Shown: piece by piece, positions 1-8,645 of the stretch | Position numbering within the stretch: the first letter of the stretch is position 1 | How the letters are laid out: each line of letters opens with the position of its first letter | DNA from: an uncultured Steroidobacteraceae bacterium | GTDB taxonomy: Bacteria; Chloroflexota; Limnocylindria; QHBO01 | Length of the DNA stretch: 47,353 bases | NCBI GenBank assembly: GCA_964469325.1 | Contig: CAYXZN010000001.1 | Coordinates: forward strand, 1-47,353 | Direction: 5' to 3' | Notes under the pieces: generated by a model | What the model saw: the letters and a program-made list of their open reading frames with translations, nothing else | The model's database searches: none | What the model was told of the DNA's origin: nothing | Position numbers and translations under genes: made by a program

Positions 1-1013
1 GCCAGCGCGGCGGCGCAGGCGACCGGATTGCCGCCGTAGGTGCCGCCGTGCGTGCCCGGCGCGAACGCCGCCAGCAGGTCGCGCCGGGCGAGGATCCCCG
101 ACAGCGGCAGGCCCGAGGCGATCCCCTTGGCCATCACCACCACGTCGGGGCGCACGCCGCTCCACTCGGTGGCGAAGAAGCGGCCGGTGCGGCCGAAGCC
201 GGTCTGCACCTCGTCCACGACCAGCAGGATGCCGTGGCGGTCGGCGATCTCGCGCAGGGCGGGCAGGAAGCCGTCGGGTGGCACCACGTAGCCGCCCTCG
301 CCGAGGATCGGCTCCACCAGCAGCGCCGCCACGTCCTCGGGGTGGACCAGGGTCGCGAACAGCTCCTCCAGCCCATCCATGGCGTAGCGGAGCGCGGCTT
401 CGGGGTCGCGCCCGGTCGGGTTGCGCAGCGGGTAGGGGTACGGGGCGAAGTGGACGCTGCCGGGCAGCGGCTCGAAGTGGGCCCGGTACTTCACCCCGCT
501 GCTGGTGAGCGCCATCGCCTGCCCGGTACGACCGTGGAAGCCGCCCCGGAAAGCGACCACCACCGGGCGCCGGGTGGCCGCCCGTGCCAGCTTGACGGCG
601 GCCTCGATGGCCTCGGCGCCCGAATTCGACAGGAACAGGCCGACCTCGGCGCCGCCGCCGGGAAAGTGGTGCGGCAGGCGTTCGTGGAGCTCCAGGCCGG
701 GTCGGTGGTAGAAGATGTTCTGCTGGGCGTGGATGATGCGCCCCGCCTGTTCGGCAATGGCGGCGACCACGTGGGGGTGCGCGTGGCCGGTGTTGGTGAC
801 GCCGATGCCGCAGCTGTAGTCGAGGTAGCGCTCCCCCTCGTCGGTGGTCACCCACGATCCCTCGCCGTGGTCGACCACGAGGTCCGTGTAGCGGGCCCAG
901 ACCGGGGCGATGCCCGCCCGCAGCGCGCGCCAGCGCTCGGCGCCGCCCGCCTCCTCGGCGCGCGGCTGGTCGGACCGCCGCTCGCTCAGAACGTCTGTGG
1001 CGTGTTGATCCAT
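1..1013 (-). CDS. Class-III (fold-type I) PLP-dependent aminotransferase, 4-aminobutyrate/putrescine aminotransferase-like; 3' end cut by the window edge
   Basis: This gene is absent from the ORF track because it runs off the left edge. My reverse-strand translation reads MDQHATDVLSERR..WARYTDLVVDHGEGSWVTTDEGERYLDYSCGIGVTNTGHAHPHVVAAIAEQ..LVEPILGEGGYVVPP..LLVVDEVQTGFGRTGRFFATEW..GTHGGTYGGNPVACAAALA. These are classic class-III aminotransferase motifs. The ATG at 1013..1011 overlaps the upstream gene's 3' end by 28 nt. The + ORF 48..1052 is its antisense shadow. Confidence 0.85.
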   Translation of the reverse strand, partial: MDQHATDVLSERRSDQPRAEEAGGAERWRALRAGIAPVWARYTDLVVDHGEGSWVTTDEGERYLDYSCGIGVTNTGHAHPHVVAAIAEQAGRIIHAQQNIFYHRPGLELHERLPHHFPGGGAEVGLFLSNSGAEAIEAAVKLARAATRRPVVVAFRGGFHGRTGQAMALTSSGVKYRAHFEPLPGSVHFAPYPYPLRNPTGRDPEAALRYAMDGLEELFATLVHPEDVAALLVEPILGEGGYVVPPDGFLPALREIADRHGILLVVDEVQTGFGRTGRFFATEWSGVRPDVVVMAKGIASGLPLSGILARRDLLAAFAPGTHGGTYGGNPVACAAAL

Positions 1014-1792
1014 AGCAGGCTGGTCTCCCCGCTGGCCTCGTTGCGCCAGTGATGCGGAAGGGTGGAGGGAAAGGAGAGCGAGTCTCCGGGCTCGAGCCGG
1101 TACGCCTCCCGCTCCCCGATGACGACCGTCAGCTCGCCCTCGAGCAGGTAAAGGAACTCCTCGCCGCCGTGGCTGTAGGCCCCGTCGCTGGAGGCCCCGG
1201 GGGCCAGCCGGAAAAGCTGCGGCTCGAGCTCGGACGCTCCGTCGGCGAGCTGCTCGATCCGCACCCGGCCGTCGTCCAGGTCGAGGGCGCGCCGTTCGCT
1301 GCGTGGCACCAGTCGCCGCTGGCCGCCGGACGGACCGAACAGCTCCAGGACCGTGACGCCGTACGCGTGGGTCAGCCGCTGGAGGGTGGCCACGCTGGCC
1401 CCCGTGGTGCCGCGCTCGAGCGCGCTGATGAAGCTGACCGACAGGCCGGTCCGCTCGCTCGCCTGGCGCAGGGAGAGGCGGTGCTGGTGCCGCAGGGCGC
1501 GGAGGCGGCTGACGCCGTTCGACGCGGTCGGCTCCGCCGCCGGCCGCCGGAGGATCCAGCGGATGCCGGGGGCGTTCACCTGCGCCTCGTGCCGCATCTG
1601 CCGCACCCGCTGCAGCCTGGCAATGTCGTGCTCGCTGTAGAGCCGATACCCGCCGCCGTCGCTGCGCATCGGCTGCACCAGCCCCTGCCGCTCCCAGAGC
1701 CGCAGGGCCGAAGGCGAGACGCCCACCTGCGCGGCGGCCTCGCCGATCCGGTAGCGGCGGCCCCGCGCGGGGCGGCGCTGGCGGGTCGCCAT
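986..1792 (-). CDS. Transcriptional regulator with MerR-type HTH, XRE-type HTH and a C-terminal cupin sensor domain
   Basis: The track ORF 986..2080 has an R/P-rich N-terminal extension that overlaps the potC-like gene. The plausible start is ATG 1792..1790 (MATRQRRPARGRRYRIGEAAAQVGVSPSALRLWERQGL..), which forms an ATGA overlap with the upstream stop. Three modules are readable. MerR HTH: YRIGEAAAQVGVSPSALRLWERQGLV..YRLYSEHDIARLQRVRQMR. XRE HTH: LSLRQASERTGLSVSFISALERG..LQRLTHAYGVTVLELF. Cupin: GEEFLYLLEGELTVV..PGDSLSFPSTLPHHWRN. Confidence 0.8.
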   Translation of the reverse strand: MATRQRRPARGRRYRIGEAAAQVGVSPSALRLWERQGLVQPMRSDGGGYRLYSEHDIARLQRVRQMRHEAQVNAPGIRWILRRPAAEPTASNGVSRLRALRHQHRLSLRQASERTGLSVSFISALERGTTGASVATLQRLTHAYGVTVLELFGPSGGQRRLVPRSERRALDLDDGRVRIEQLADGASELEPQLFRLAPGASSDGAYSHGGEEFLYLLEGELTVVIGEREAYRLEPGDSLSFPSTLPHHWRNEASGETSLLWINTPQTF

Positions 1793-2673
1793 CAGGGTTT
1801 CACCTCCGCGGGCAGGGCCGCCGTCTGGCGCCGCTGGAGGAGGATCCAGCCGAGCATCCCGACCAGCGCGATGACGAAGATGATCGTCCCCATCACGTTC
1901 ACCTGGGGCGGGACGCCGATCCGTGAGGCGCCGTACACCCAGAGGGGGAAGGTGACCGTGTTGCCGGCGGTGAACTGGGTGATCACGAAGTCGTCGACCG
2001 ACAGGGCGAAGGCGAGCAGGGCGGCGGCGAGGATGCCGGGGAAGATGAGCGGGAAGGTCACCTTGCGGAAGGTGGTCCACTCGTCGGCGCCCAGGTCCAT
2101 CGCCGCCTCCTCCAGGGTGCGGCTGAAGCCGGCGATGCGGGCCCGCACCGTCACCACCACGTAGCTGATGTTGAACATGATGTGGGCGAGGATGATGGTG
2201 GGCAGGCCGCGGTCGACCCCCAGCGAGACGAACATCGACAGCAGCGCCGCGCCGAGCACGATCTCGGGGGTGGCGATGGGAACGAAGATGAGCAGGTTCG
2301 TCGGGCCCCGGCCGCGGAACTCGTAGCGGGTCAGGGCGAGGCCGATCAGCGTGCCCAGGACCGTCGCCGCCAGGGTGGCCGCGACCGCGACCACCAGGCT
2401 GTTGATCAGCGAGCTGTTCAGGGCGGGGTAGGTGGAGAAGACGTTGGCCCAGTGGTCGAGGGTGAACCCCTGCCAGGTGAAGTTGAAGCGACCCTGGATG
2501 TCGTTGAAGCCGAAGATGGCCATGACCGCGATCGGCAGGAACAGGTAGCCCACGATCAGAGCGGTGTAGACGGGCAGTACCGCGCGCGACAGCCGCACGC
2601 CGATCGGGACCCGGCGCGGCTGCACGGCGCCGCGAGCGCGCGATGGCATCGGCTCGGCGAGCGTATCGGCCAT
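1792..2673 (-). CDS. potC: Spermidine/putrescine-type ABC transporter permease (PotC-like)
   Basis: 293 aa and multi-TM. The N-terminus VLPVYTALIVGYLFLPIAVMAIFGFND and the EAA-loop region (LEEAAMDLGADEWTTFRKVTFPLIFPG) are typical of the PotC/BPD_transp_1 family. It overlaps the upstream permease gene by 1 nt. Confidence 0.85.
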   Translation of the reverse strand: MADTLAEPMPSRARGAVQPRRVPIGVRLSRAVLPVYTALIVGYLFLPIAVMAIFGFNDIQGRFNFTWQGFTLDHWANVFSTYPALNSSLINSLVVAVAATLAATVLGTLIGLALTRYEFRGRGPTNLLIFVPIATPEIVLGAALLSMFVSLGVDRGLPTIILAHIMFNISYVVVTVRARIAGFSRTLEEAAMDLGADEWTTFRKVTFPLIFPGILAAALLAFALSVDDFVITQFTAGNTVTFPLWVYGASRIGVPPQVNVMGTIIFVIALVGMLGWILLQRRQTAALPAEVKP

Positions 2674-3533
2674 CAGATGGTGAGCTCGCGACCGCGCAGG
2701 ATGCGGGTGTAGAGGAAGATGCTGGCCAGGATGCCCAGCATCAGCATCAGGCTGAGCGCGCTGGCCTGCGGGTAGTCGTTGTTGACCAGGTAGAGCCGCT
2801 GGATGACGTTGCCGATCATCGTCTCGCTGCGGCTGCCGAGCAGCTCGGCGTTCAGGTAGTCGCCCACGGCGGGGATGAAGGCCAGCAGCGAGGCGGCGAA
2901 GACGCCCGGCACCGAGAGCGGCAGGGTCACCCTGAGGAAGGCCTGCCGGCGGCTGGCGTAGAGGTCGTTGGCAGCCTCGATCAGCCGGGGGTCGATCCGC
3001 TCAAGGGCGACGTACAGCGGCAGCACCACGAACGGCAGGAAGTTGTAGGTGATGCCGCTGATCACCGCCACCGGCGTCGCCAGCAGCCGGAAGCCCGGCT
3101 CCAGCAGGCCGACGTCCTTGAGCGTGCCGAGCAGGAACCCCTGGTCGGCGAGGATGAACTTCCAGCTGATGGTGCGGATGATGAAGCTGGTGAAGAAGGG
3201 CATGATCACCAGCAGCAGGAGCAGCGTCTTGTAGCGTCCGCCGCGGAAGGCGATCGTGTAGGCCATCGGGTAGCCGATGAGCATCGTCAGCAGCGTGACC
3301 GTCACCCCGTACTGGAGCGAGCGGATGAACTGATCGTCCCAGCGCGCGATCGCCTCGGGAAAGACCCCGACGTTGAAGGTCAGCCGGAACCCGGTTCCCA
3401 GCGACCCCTCCTGGAGGGAGACGGAGGCGACGGTCAGGATGGGGATGACGAAGAAGAGGAGCAGCCAGACGCCGCCGGGCAGCAGGAAGAGGTACGGGAC
3501 CAGCCCGCGGTGGTGCCTGAGCCAGGCGGCCAT
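2673..3533 (-). CDS. potB: Spermidine/putrescine-type ABC transporter permease (PotB-like)
   Basis: 286 aa. The N-terminus PYLFLLPGGVWLLLFFVIPILTV and the EAA loop (IEAANDLYASRRQAFLRVTLPLSVPG) are typical of PotB-type permeases. Confidence 0.85.
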   Translation of the reverse strand: MAAWLRHHRGLVPYLFLLPGGVWLLLFFVIPILTVASVSLQEGSLGTGFRLTFNVGVFPEAIARWDDQFIRSLQYGVTVTLLTMLIGYPMAYTIAFRGGRYKTLLLLLVIMPFFTSFIIRTISWKFILADQGFLLGTLKDVGLLEPGFRLLATPVAVISGITYNFLPFVVLPLYVALERIDPRLIEAANDLYASRRQAFLRVTLPLSVPGVFAASLLAFIPAVGDYLNAELLGSRSETMIGNVIQRLYLVNNDYPQASALSLMLMLGILASIFLYTRILRGRELTI

Positions 3534-3562
3534 CTGTCCGGCTGCCCCTCAGCCGATCCGGC

Positions 3563-4846
3563 TCAGCCCTGGACGACCTCCTGGAACAGCTCGTTCCACT
3601 GCCGCTCCTCGTCCTCGTCGAGCACCTTGTAGGAGTGGAGCCGGGCCAGCATGTCGTCGGTGGGGAAGACGAGCGGTGACTCCGCCACCGAGCGCAGGTA
3701 CTCGGCGTCCTCCTCGTCGTCGGCCTCCTCGGCGTGCTGGCGGATGATGTCCTGGGCGGCCGGCACCGGGCAGATGAAGTTCACCCACTCGGCGATCTGC
3801 GCCGCGATCTCCGGCTGGTACACGTAGTCCATCATCGCCAGCGCGTCGTTGGGGTGCTCCGCGTTGCGCGGGATGGCCATGTTGTCGACCCACAGGATGC
3901 CGCCCTCGTCGGGCACCACGAACCGCAGGTCCGGGTTGTCGAACTGGAGCTGGAAGACGTCGCCGGACCAGGCCATGGTGATCGCCAGGCTCCCGTCGGC
4001 CAGCCCCTGCGCGTACTCGTTCCCGTAGTAGCCGCGGACGTGCGGGGCCTGTGCCTCCAGGGTCTCTTTGGCCTGCTCGGCATCCTCGACGGTCGCCTCG
4101 GAGGGCACGACGCCGTTGTGGAGCAGGGCCATGCTCATCGAGTCGCGCATCTCCGTGAACATGCCGACCTGGCCGGAGTACTTCTCGATGAAGGCCGGGT
4201 CGAAGAGCTGCTGGAAGGAGCTGATCTCCTCGTCCACCAGGGCGGGGTTGTAGCCGATGCCGGTGATCCCCGACTGCCACGGCACCGAGTGCGCGTTGTT
4301 CGGGTCGTAGGAGGGGTTCTTGTACTTGTCGGCGCCGTTGGCCCCGAAGTTCGGCACGTCGCGGGCGACGTCGATCTGCTCGAGGTAGCCGAGCCGGATC
4401 AGGTTGCCGATCATCCAGTCGGTCATCACGATCAGGTCGAAGCCGGTCGGATTTCCGGCCGCCAGATCGGGCTGGATGATCCCGAAGAAGGACTGGTTGT
4501 CCTCGATGTTCTCGGTGTAGGTGACGTCGATCCCGGTCTCCTGCTCGAACTGCTGGAGGGTCGGGGAGTTCACCTCGTCCTCGTCAAGGTCGATGTAGAG
4601 GGGCCAGTTCGCGAAGTTGAGGGTGCCGCTCGGCTCTCCGCCGCCGACCGGGCTCCGGCTCGGCACCGTCGTCCCGCCGGGGCCGATCCCGCACGCCGCC
4701 AGGATGGCGGGCAATGAGAGGGCGCCGGCAGCGTAGACGCCGCCCCGGCCGGCCTTGTGGAGGAAGGCGCGACGCGAGAGCCGCCCGCCGCGGAAGGCGC
4801 GCGCGATGGCGATCTCGATCTGGGTCCGACGCTGGCGCTCAGTCAT
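3563..4846 (-). CDS. Polyamine (PotD/PotF-family) ABC substrate-binding lipoprotein with Tat-type signal
   Basis: 427 aa. A twin-arginine-like signal (SRRAFLHKAGRGG) is followed by the lipobox LAACG. The mature part (NFANWPLYID.., YTENIEDNQSFF, WMIGNLIRLGYL, WSGDVFQLQ) resembles spermidine/putrescine-binding proteins. It sits between potA and potB. Confidence 0.8.
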   Translation of the reverse strand: MTERQRRTQIEIAIARAFRGGRLSRRAFLHKAGRGGVYAAGALSLPAILAACGIGPGGTTVPSRSPVGGGEPSGTLNFANWPLYIDLDEDEVNSPTLQQFEQETGIDVTYTENIEDNQSFFGIIQPDLAAGNPTGFDLIVMTDWMIGNLIRLGYLEQIDVARDVPNFGANGADKYKNPSYDPNNAHSVPWQSGITGIGYNPALVDEEISSFQQLFDPAFIEKYSGQVGMFTEMRDSMSMALLHNGVVPSEATVEDAEQAKETLEAQAPHVRGYYGNEYAQGLADGSLAITMAWSGDVFQLQFDNPDLRFVVPDEGGILWVDNMAIPRNAEHPNDALAMMDYVYQPEIAAQIAEWVNFICPVPAAQDIIRQHAEEADDEEDAEYLRSVAESPLVFPTDDMLARLHSYKVLDEDEERQWNELFQEVVQG

Positions 4847-5990
4847 CCTGCTCCTCTCCTTCTCCGGTTTCGGTCGGCTCGCTGCTGTCGGTCGAGATGA
4901 CGAATGTGTGCTCGGGCTGCCAGGTCAGGCGGACGCGCTGCCCGCCGGCCAGGGCCTGGCCCGATCCGCTGGTGTCGAGGTTCTGGGAGTACACCGTCAC
5001 GCGGTGCCCGTCGCGTGTCGCGACGAGGTACTGGGTGCTCACGCCGATGTAGGAGGCGTCCAGGATGGTGCCCTCGAGAGAGTTCTGTCCGTCGGTCGGC
5101 GACCGCGGCTCTCCCGACTCTGCCTGGAGCTTCAGCTTCTCCGGGCGTACCCCGACCCGCACGCTGCCCGAGCCGTTGAGCTCGCCGGCCAGCACGTGGA
5201 TGGCGCTGCCATCCGCCAGCCGGAGCTCCGCCAGGCGGCCCTCCCGGCCGACCACCTCCGCCTCGAGGAGGTTCGAGACGCCCAGGAAGCCGGCCACGAA
5301 GTTCGTCCTCGGCCGCTCGTAGAGCTCCTCCGGCGGGCCGAGCTGCTCGATCCGGCCGTGCCGCATCACCGCGATCCGGTCCGACATCGTCATCGCCTCC
5401 TCCTGGTCGTGCGTGACGTACACGAAGGTGACGCCGACCTCGGTCTGGATCCGCTTCAGCTCGATCTGCATCTGCTTGCGGAGCTTCAGGTCGAGGGCTC
5501 CCAACGGCTCGTCGAGGAGGAGGACGCGCGGCTGGTTGATCAGCGCGCGCGCCAGTGCGACCCGCTGCTGCTGGCCGCCGGACAGCTGGGACGGCTTCCG
5601 CTTCTCGTAGCCGGGCAGCTCCACCAGCTCCAGCATCTCGCCCACGCGCCGTCGGATGTCGGCGTCGCTCACCCGCTTGCGCCGCAGGCCGAAGGCGACG
5701 TTCTCGAAGACCGACAGGTGGGGGAAGAGCGCGTAGTTCTGGAAGACGGTGTTGACGTCGCGCCGGAACGGCGGCAGGTCGGTGACCTCCGCCTCGCCCA
5801 GCTGGATCGTGCCCGCGGTGGGCTCCTCGAAGCCGCCGATCATGCGCAGCGTGGTCGTCTTGCCGCAGCCGGACGGCCCGAGCAGGCTGAAGAACTCTCC
5901 GTGCTCGATGTCGAGCGACAGGTCGTCGACGGCGATGATCTCGTGGAAGCGCTTGGTGACGTGCTCGAGCCGAACGTCGATAGGCACCAA
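4839..5990 (-). CDS. potA: Polyamine-type ABC transporter ATP-binding protein (PotA-like)
   Basis: 383 aa. Walker A is [20 protein letters not shown], the ABC signature is [15 protein letters not shown], Walker B is [11 protein letters not shown], and there is a C-terminal TOBE-like regulatory domain. The track start is TTG at 5990; GTG at 5987 is an alternative. Confidence 0.9.
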   Translation of the reverse strand: MVPIDVRLEHVTKRFHEIIAVDDLSLDIEHGEFFSLLGPSGCGKTTTLRMIGGFEEPTAGTIQLGEAEVTDLPPFRRDVNTVFQNYALFPHLSVFENVAFGLRRKRVSDADIRRRVGEMLELVELPGYEKRKPSQLSGGQQQRVALARALINQPRVLLLDEPLGALDLKLRKQMQIELKRIQTEVGVTFVYVTHDQEEAMTMSDRIAVMRHGRIEQLGPPEELYERPRTNFVAGFLGVSNLLEAEVVGREGRLAELRLADGSAIHVLAGELNGSGSVRVGVRPEKLKLQAESGEPRSPTDGQNSLEGTILDASYIGVSTQYLVATRDGHRVTVYSQNLDTSGSGQALAGGQRVRLTWQPEHTFVISTDSSEPTETGEGEEQDD

Positions 5991-6021
5991 CGCCGTACCT
6001 CGCCCATCTGAGGGATCGGGG

Positions 6022-6039
6022 GCAACGTTGTCGCGTTGC
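6022..6039. promoter_or_regulatory. Inverted repeat GCAACG-N6-CGTTGC upstream of potA; candidate operator
   Basis: GCAACGTTGTCGCGTTGC lies 32-49 nt upstream of the potA start. On the minus strand it sits just downstream of a TATACT -10-like hexamer (plus-strand AGTATA at 6052..6057). I found no convincing -35. Confidence 0.25.
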
Positions 6040-6299
6040 AGTAAGGAACGGAGTATACCTCCGGCACCCGCAACTGCTGGCCCTGTCCGAGCGTCATACC
6101 GGCGTGGCGAAGCTCAACCACCGGAGGCGCACGCCTCCACGCCCCGCTCCCGCTCGGCGGCGCCGCACCTCGCTGGCCCGCGCCGCGGAACGGGAGGCGC
6201 GGCGCAAGCTCGAGCGCTGGCGCCGCTTCTGACCCGGTGCGGCGGGACCGACTCCCGCGCTGACGACATCCGGCGCGATGACCGAGAATCGGGTCGGAG

Positions 6300-7280
6300 A
6301 TGCGACTCTGGCGCGTCCTTCCGCTGGGAGGACTCCTTGGGCTCACGGCGCTCGCTGCGGCACTCGCGTTGCCGGCTGCCGCGCCGTCGGTCGCGGTCGG
6401 AGACCTTCCGGTCGTGACCGCCGGGCCGTTCACGTTCCGTGCCGGCGACCATGCCCTTCGGCCGCTCGCGTGGACCGAGGCACCGTACGGCGGTGCGTCG
6501 CTCGTCCCTCCCTACGGGCCGCCGTACGGTGCGTTGGGCGTCGCCATGTATGTCGCCGCCGATGGGCGGACGTACGACCACCCGGTCAGACAAGCGCAGG
6601 CGGTGGTGAACATGCTGCGCAACCACGCGCTGACCGACGACGAGCGCTACCTCGAGCTGGCGACGGCGAACGCGGAGCGGCTGCTCACACACGCAGACCC
6701 GCTCGACGACGCGATCTTCTTCCCGTACCCGTTCGACTTCTACCTCCACGGCCGCGGGATGCTCCACGCGCCGTGGTACTCCGGAATGGCCCAGGGGATC
6801 GCCCTGTCCGGGTTTGTGCGGCTCTACCGCCTGACCGACGAAGACCGCTGGCTCGACGCGGCGCATGCCACGTTCCGCAGCTTCCTGCAGCCACCCACCG
6901 ACACCCGGCCGTGGGTCACCCTGGTCGCCGGAGACCTGCTGTGGTTCGAGGAGTATCCGTGGCGACCGGCGGATCACACCTACAACGGCCACGTCTTCGC
7001 CATCTACGGTCTGTACGACTACTGGCAGCTGACCGGGGACGAGGACGCTCATCGGCTGCTGATGGGTGGGCTCACCACCGCGCGGGCGGTCGTCCCGCTG
7101 ATGCGAGTCCCGGGAGAGGCCAGCCGCTACTGCCTCGCGCGGTGGTGCCTGGCGGCCGGGGTCCAGAGCGGCAAGTACCACGCGATCCACGTCGGACAGC
7201 TGCGACAGCTGTACCGCATGACCGGCGAGCGGCGGTTCGAGGATCTCGCGGACGTTCTGGAGGCGGACCTTCGCCTCTGA
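6300..7280 (+). CDS. Secreted D-glucuronyl C5-epimerase C-terminal-domain family protein
   Basis: 326 aa with a signal peptide (MRLWRVLPLGGLLGLTALAAALALPAAA). The core PWYSGMAQGIALSGFVRLYRLTDEDRWLDAA..LLWFEEYPWRPADHTYNGHVFAIYGLYDYWQLTGDE matches, as I recall it, the conserved WYSAMAQGQA..WYEEYP..VLNGF.YSL.GLYD block of heparosan/heparan-sulfate C5-epimerases. Confidence 0.7.
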   Translation: MRLWRVLPLGGLLGLTALAAALALPAAAPSVAVGDLPVVTAGPFTFRAGDHALRPLAWTEAPYGGASLVPPYGPPYGALGVAMYVAADGRTYDHPVRQAQAVVNMLRNHALTDDERYLELATANAERLLTHADPLDDAIFFPYPFDFYLHGRGMLHAPWYSGMAQGIALSGFVRLYRLTDEDRWLDAAHATFRSFLQPPTDTRPWVTLVAGDLLWFEEYPWRPADHTYNGHVFAIYGLYDYWQLTGDEDAHRLLMGGLTTARAVVPLMRVPGEASRYCLARWCLAAGVQSGKYHAIHVGQLRQLYRMTGERRFEDLADVLEADLRL

Positions 7281-7342
7281 CCGAGCCCGGCACCGCGCCT
7301 GCTAGACTCGGATGCCGCCCTCTGCCCGCTCCGGGAGGTTCC

Positions 7343-8494
7343 ATGGACTTCGCCCTGTCGCCCGAACACGAGCAGATCCGGCGGACGGTGCGCGAGTTCG
7401 CCGAAGGTCGCATCGCACCGGTCGCCGACGAGCTGGAGCGGAAGGGCGAGTTCCCTCACGACATCATCCGCGAGGCGGCCGGCCTGGGCCTGCTCGGCGT
7501 CCCGTTCCCCGAGGAGGTCGGGGGCACCGGCCTCGACTCGGTCGCGTACGCCATCACCATCGAGGAGCTGGCGCGAGTGTCGGGCAGCGTGGCGATCATC
7601 GTCAGCGCGCACACCAGCCTCGGCTGCAACCCGCTGTACCTGGCCGGCACGCAGAAGCAGAAGGAGCGCTACCTGCGGCCGCTGGCCAGCGGCGAGAAGC
7701 TGGGCGCCTACGGGCTGACCGAGCCGGGAGCCGGGTCGGACTCGCGGGGTACGCGGACCCGGGCGCGACGCGACGGCGACGAGTGGGTCCTCGACGGCGC
7801 GAAGCGCTTCATCACCAACGCCGGCGTGGCAGAGGTCTACATCGTCACCGCGGTCACGGAGGGCCAGGCGGAGAGCGGGAAGATCAGCGCCTTCATCGTC
7901 GAGCAGGGCACGCCCGGATTCTCCATCGGCCGCATGGAGGAGAAGATGGGGCTCCACGCCTCCGCCACGGGTGAGCTGTTGTTCGACGAGTGCCGGATCC
8001 CGGCCGACAACCTGCTCGGCCCGGAGGGGCAGGGGGATCGGCTGTTCCTCCAGACGCTCGACGGCGGCCGGATCGGGATCGGCGCCATGGCGCTGGGGCT
8101 GTCGCAGGCGGCGTACGAGGCGGCATCGGCCTATGCCAGGCAGCGCGAGCAGTTCGGCCGCCCCATCGGTGCCTTCCAGGGGGTCGCCTTCATGATCGCC
8201 GACATGGCGACCGAGATCGAGGCTGCCCGCCTGCTGGTCTACCGCGCCGCCTGGCTGAAGGACGCCGGTCGGCCCTTTTCGACCGAGGCCGCCATGGCCA
8301 AGCTGTTCGCCAGCGAGGTGAGCCAGCGGGCGACCAATGCCGCGGTCCAGGTGCACGGCGGTTACGGCTACATCACCGAGTACCGCGTGGAGCGCTACCT
8401 GCGCGACGCCAAGCTGACCGAGATCGGGGAGGGGACCAGCCAGATCCAGCGGATGGTGATCGCGCGCAACCTGCTCGGCATCCGGGCCATGTAG
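7343..8494 (+). CDS. Acyl-CoA dehydrogenase (short-chain/butyryl-CoA dehydrogenase-like)
   Basis: The real start inside track ORF 6278..8494 is ATG 7343 (MDFALSPEHEQIRRTVREFAEG..), preceded by the GGGAGG RBS at 7333..7338. Motifs present: YGLTEPGAGSD, RFITNAG, GGRIGIGAMALG, QFGRPIGAFQGV, and YRVERYLRDAKLTEIGEGTSQIQRMVIAR with the catalytic Glu. Confidence 0.92.
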   Translation: MDFALSPEHEQIRRTVREFAEGRIAPVADELERKGEFPHDIIREAAGLGLLGVPFPEEVGGTGLDSVAYAITIEELARVSGSVAIIVSAHTSLGCNPLYLAGTQKQKERYLRPLASGEKLGAYGLTEPGAGSDSRGTRTRARRDGDEWVLDGAKRFITNAGVAEVYIVTAVTEGQAESGKISAFIVEQGTPGFSIGRMEEKMGLHASATGELLFDECRIPADNLLGPEGQGDRLFLQTLDGGRIGIGAMALGLSQAAYEAASAYARQREQFGRPIGAFQGVAFMIADMATEIEAARLLVYRAAWLKDAGRPFSTEAAMAKLFASEVSQRATNAAVQVHGGYGYITEYRVERYLRDAKLTEIGEGTSQIQRMVIARNLLGIRAM

Positions 8495-8584
8495 CGCCGT
8501 CCGACGCCGGGCGACCCCAGGCCAATTGCAGGCGGCATCCGCGACTACCTCGGGTGGATCATCGGGGTGAGCGGGAAGAAAGCG

Positions 8585-8617
8585 GAAGGGGCCCTCCATC
8601 GGATGGAGGGCCTCTTC
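8585..8617. terminator. Bidirectional intrinsic-terminator-like hairpin between convergent genes
   Basis: A 13-bp stem is formed by GAAGGGGCCCTCC (8585..8597) and GGAGGGCCTCTTC (8605..8617), with one G-U pair and a 7-nt loop ATCGGAT. It lies between the acyl-CoA dehydrogenase stop (8494) and the binding-protein stop (8646). There is no long T-tract, which is common in high-GC genomes. Confidence 0.55.
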
Positions 8618-8645
8618 GATCTACCTCAGCCAGGCTGTCCGACGG

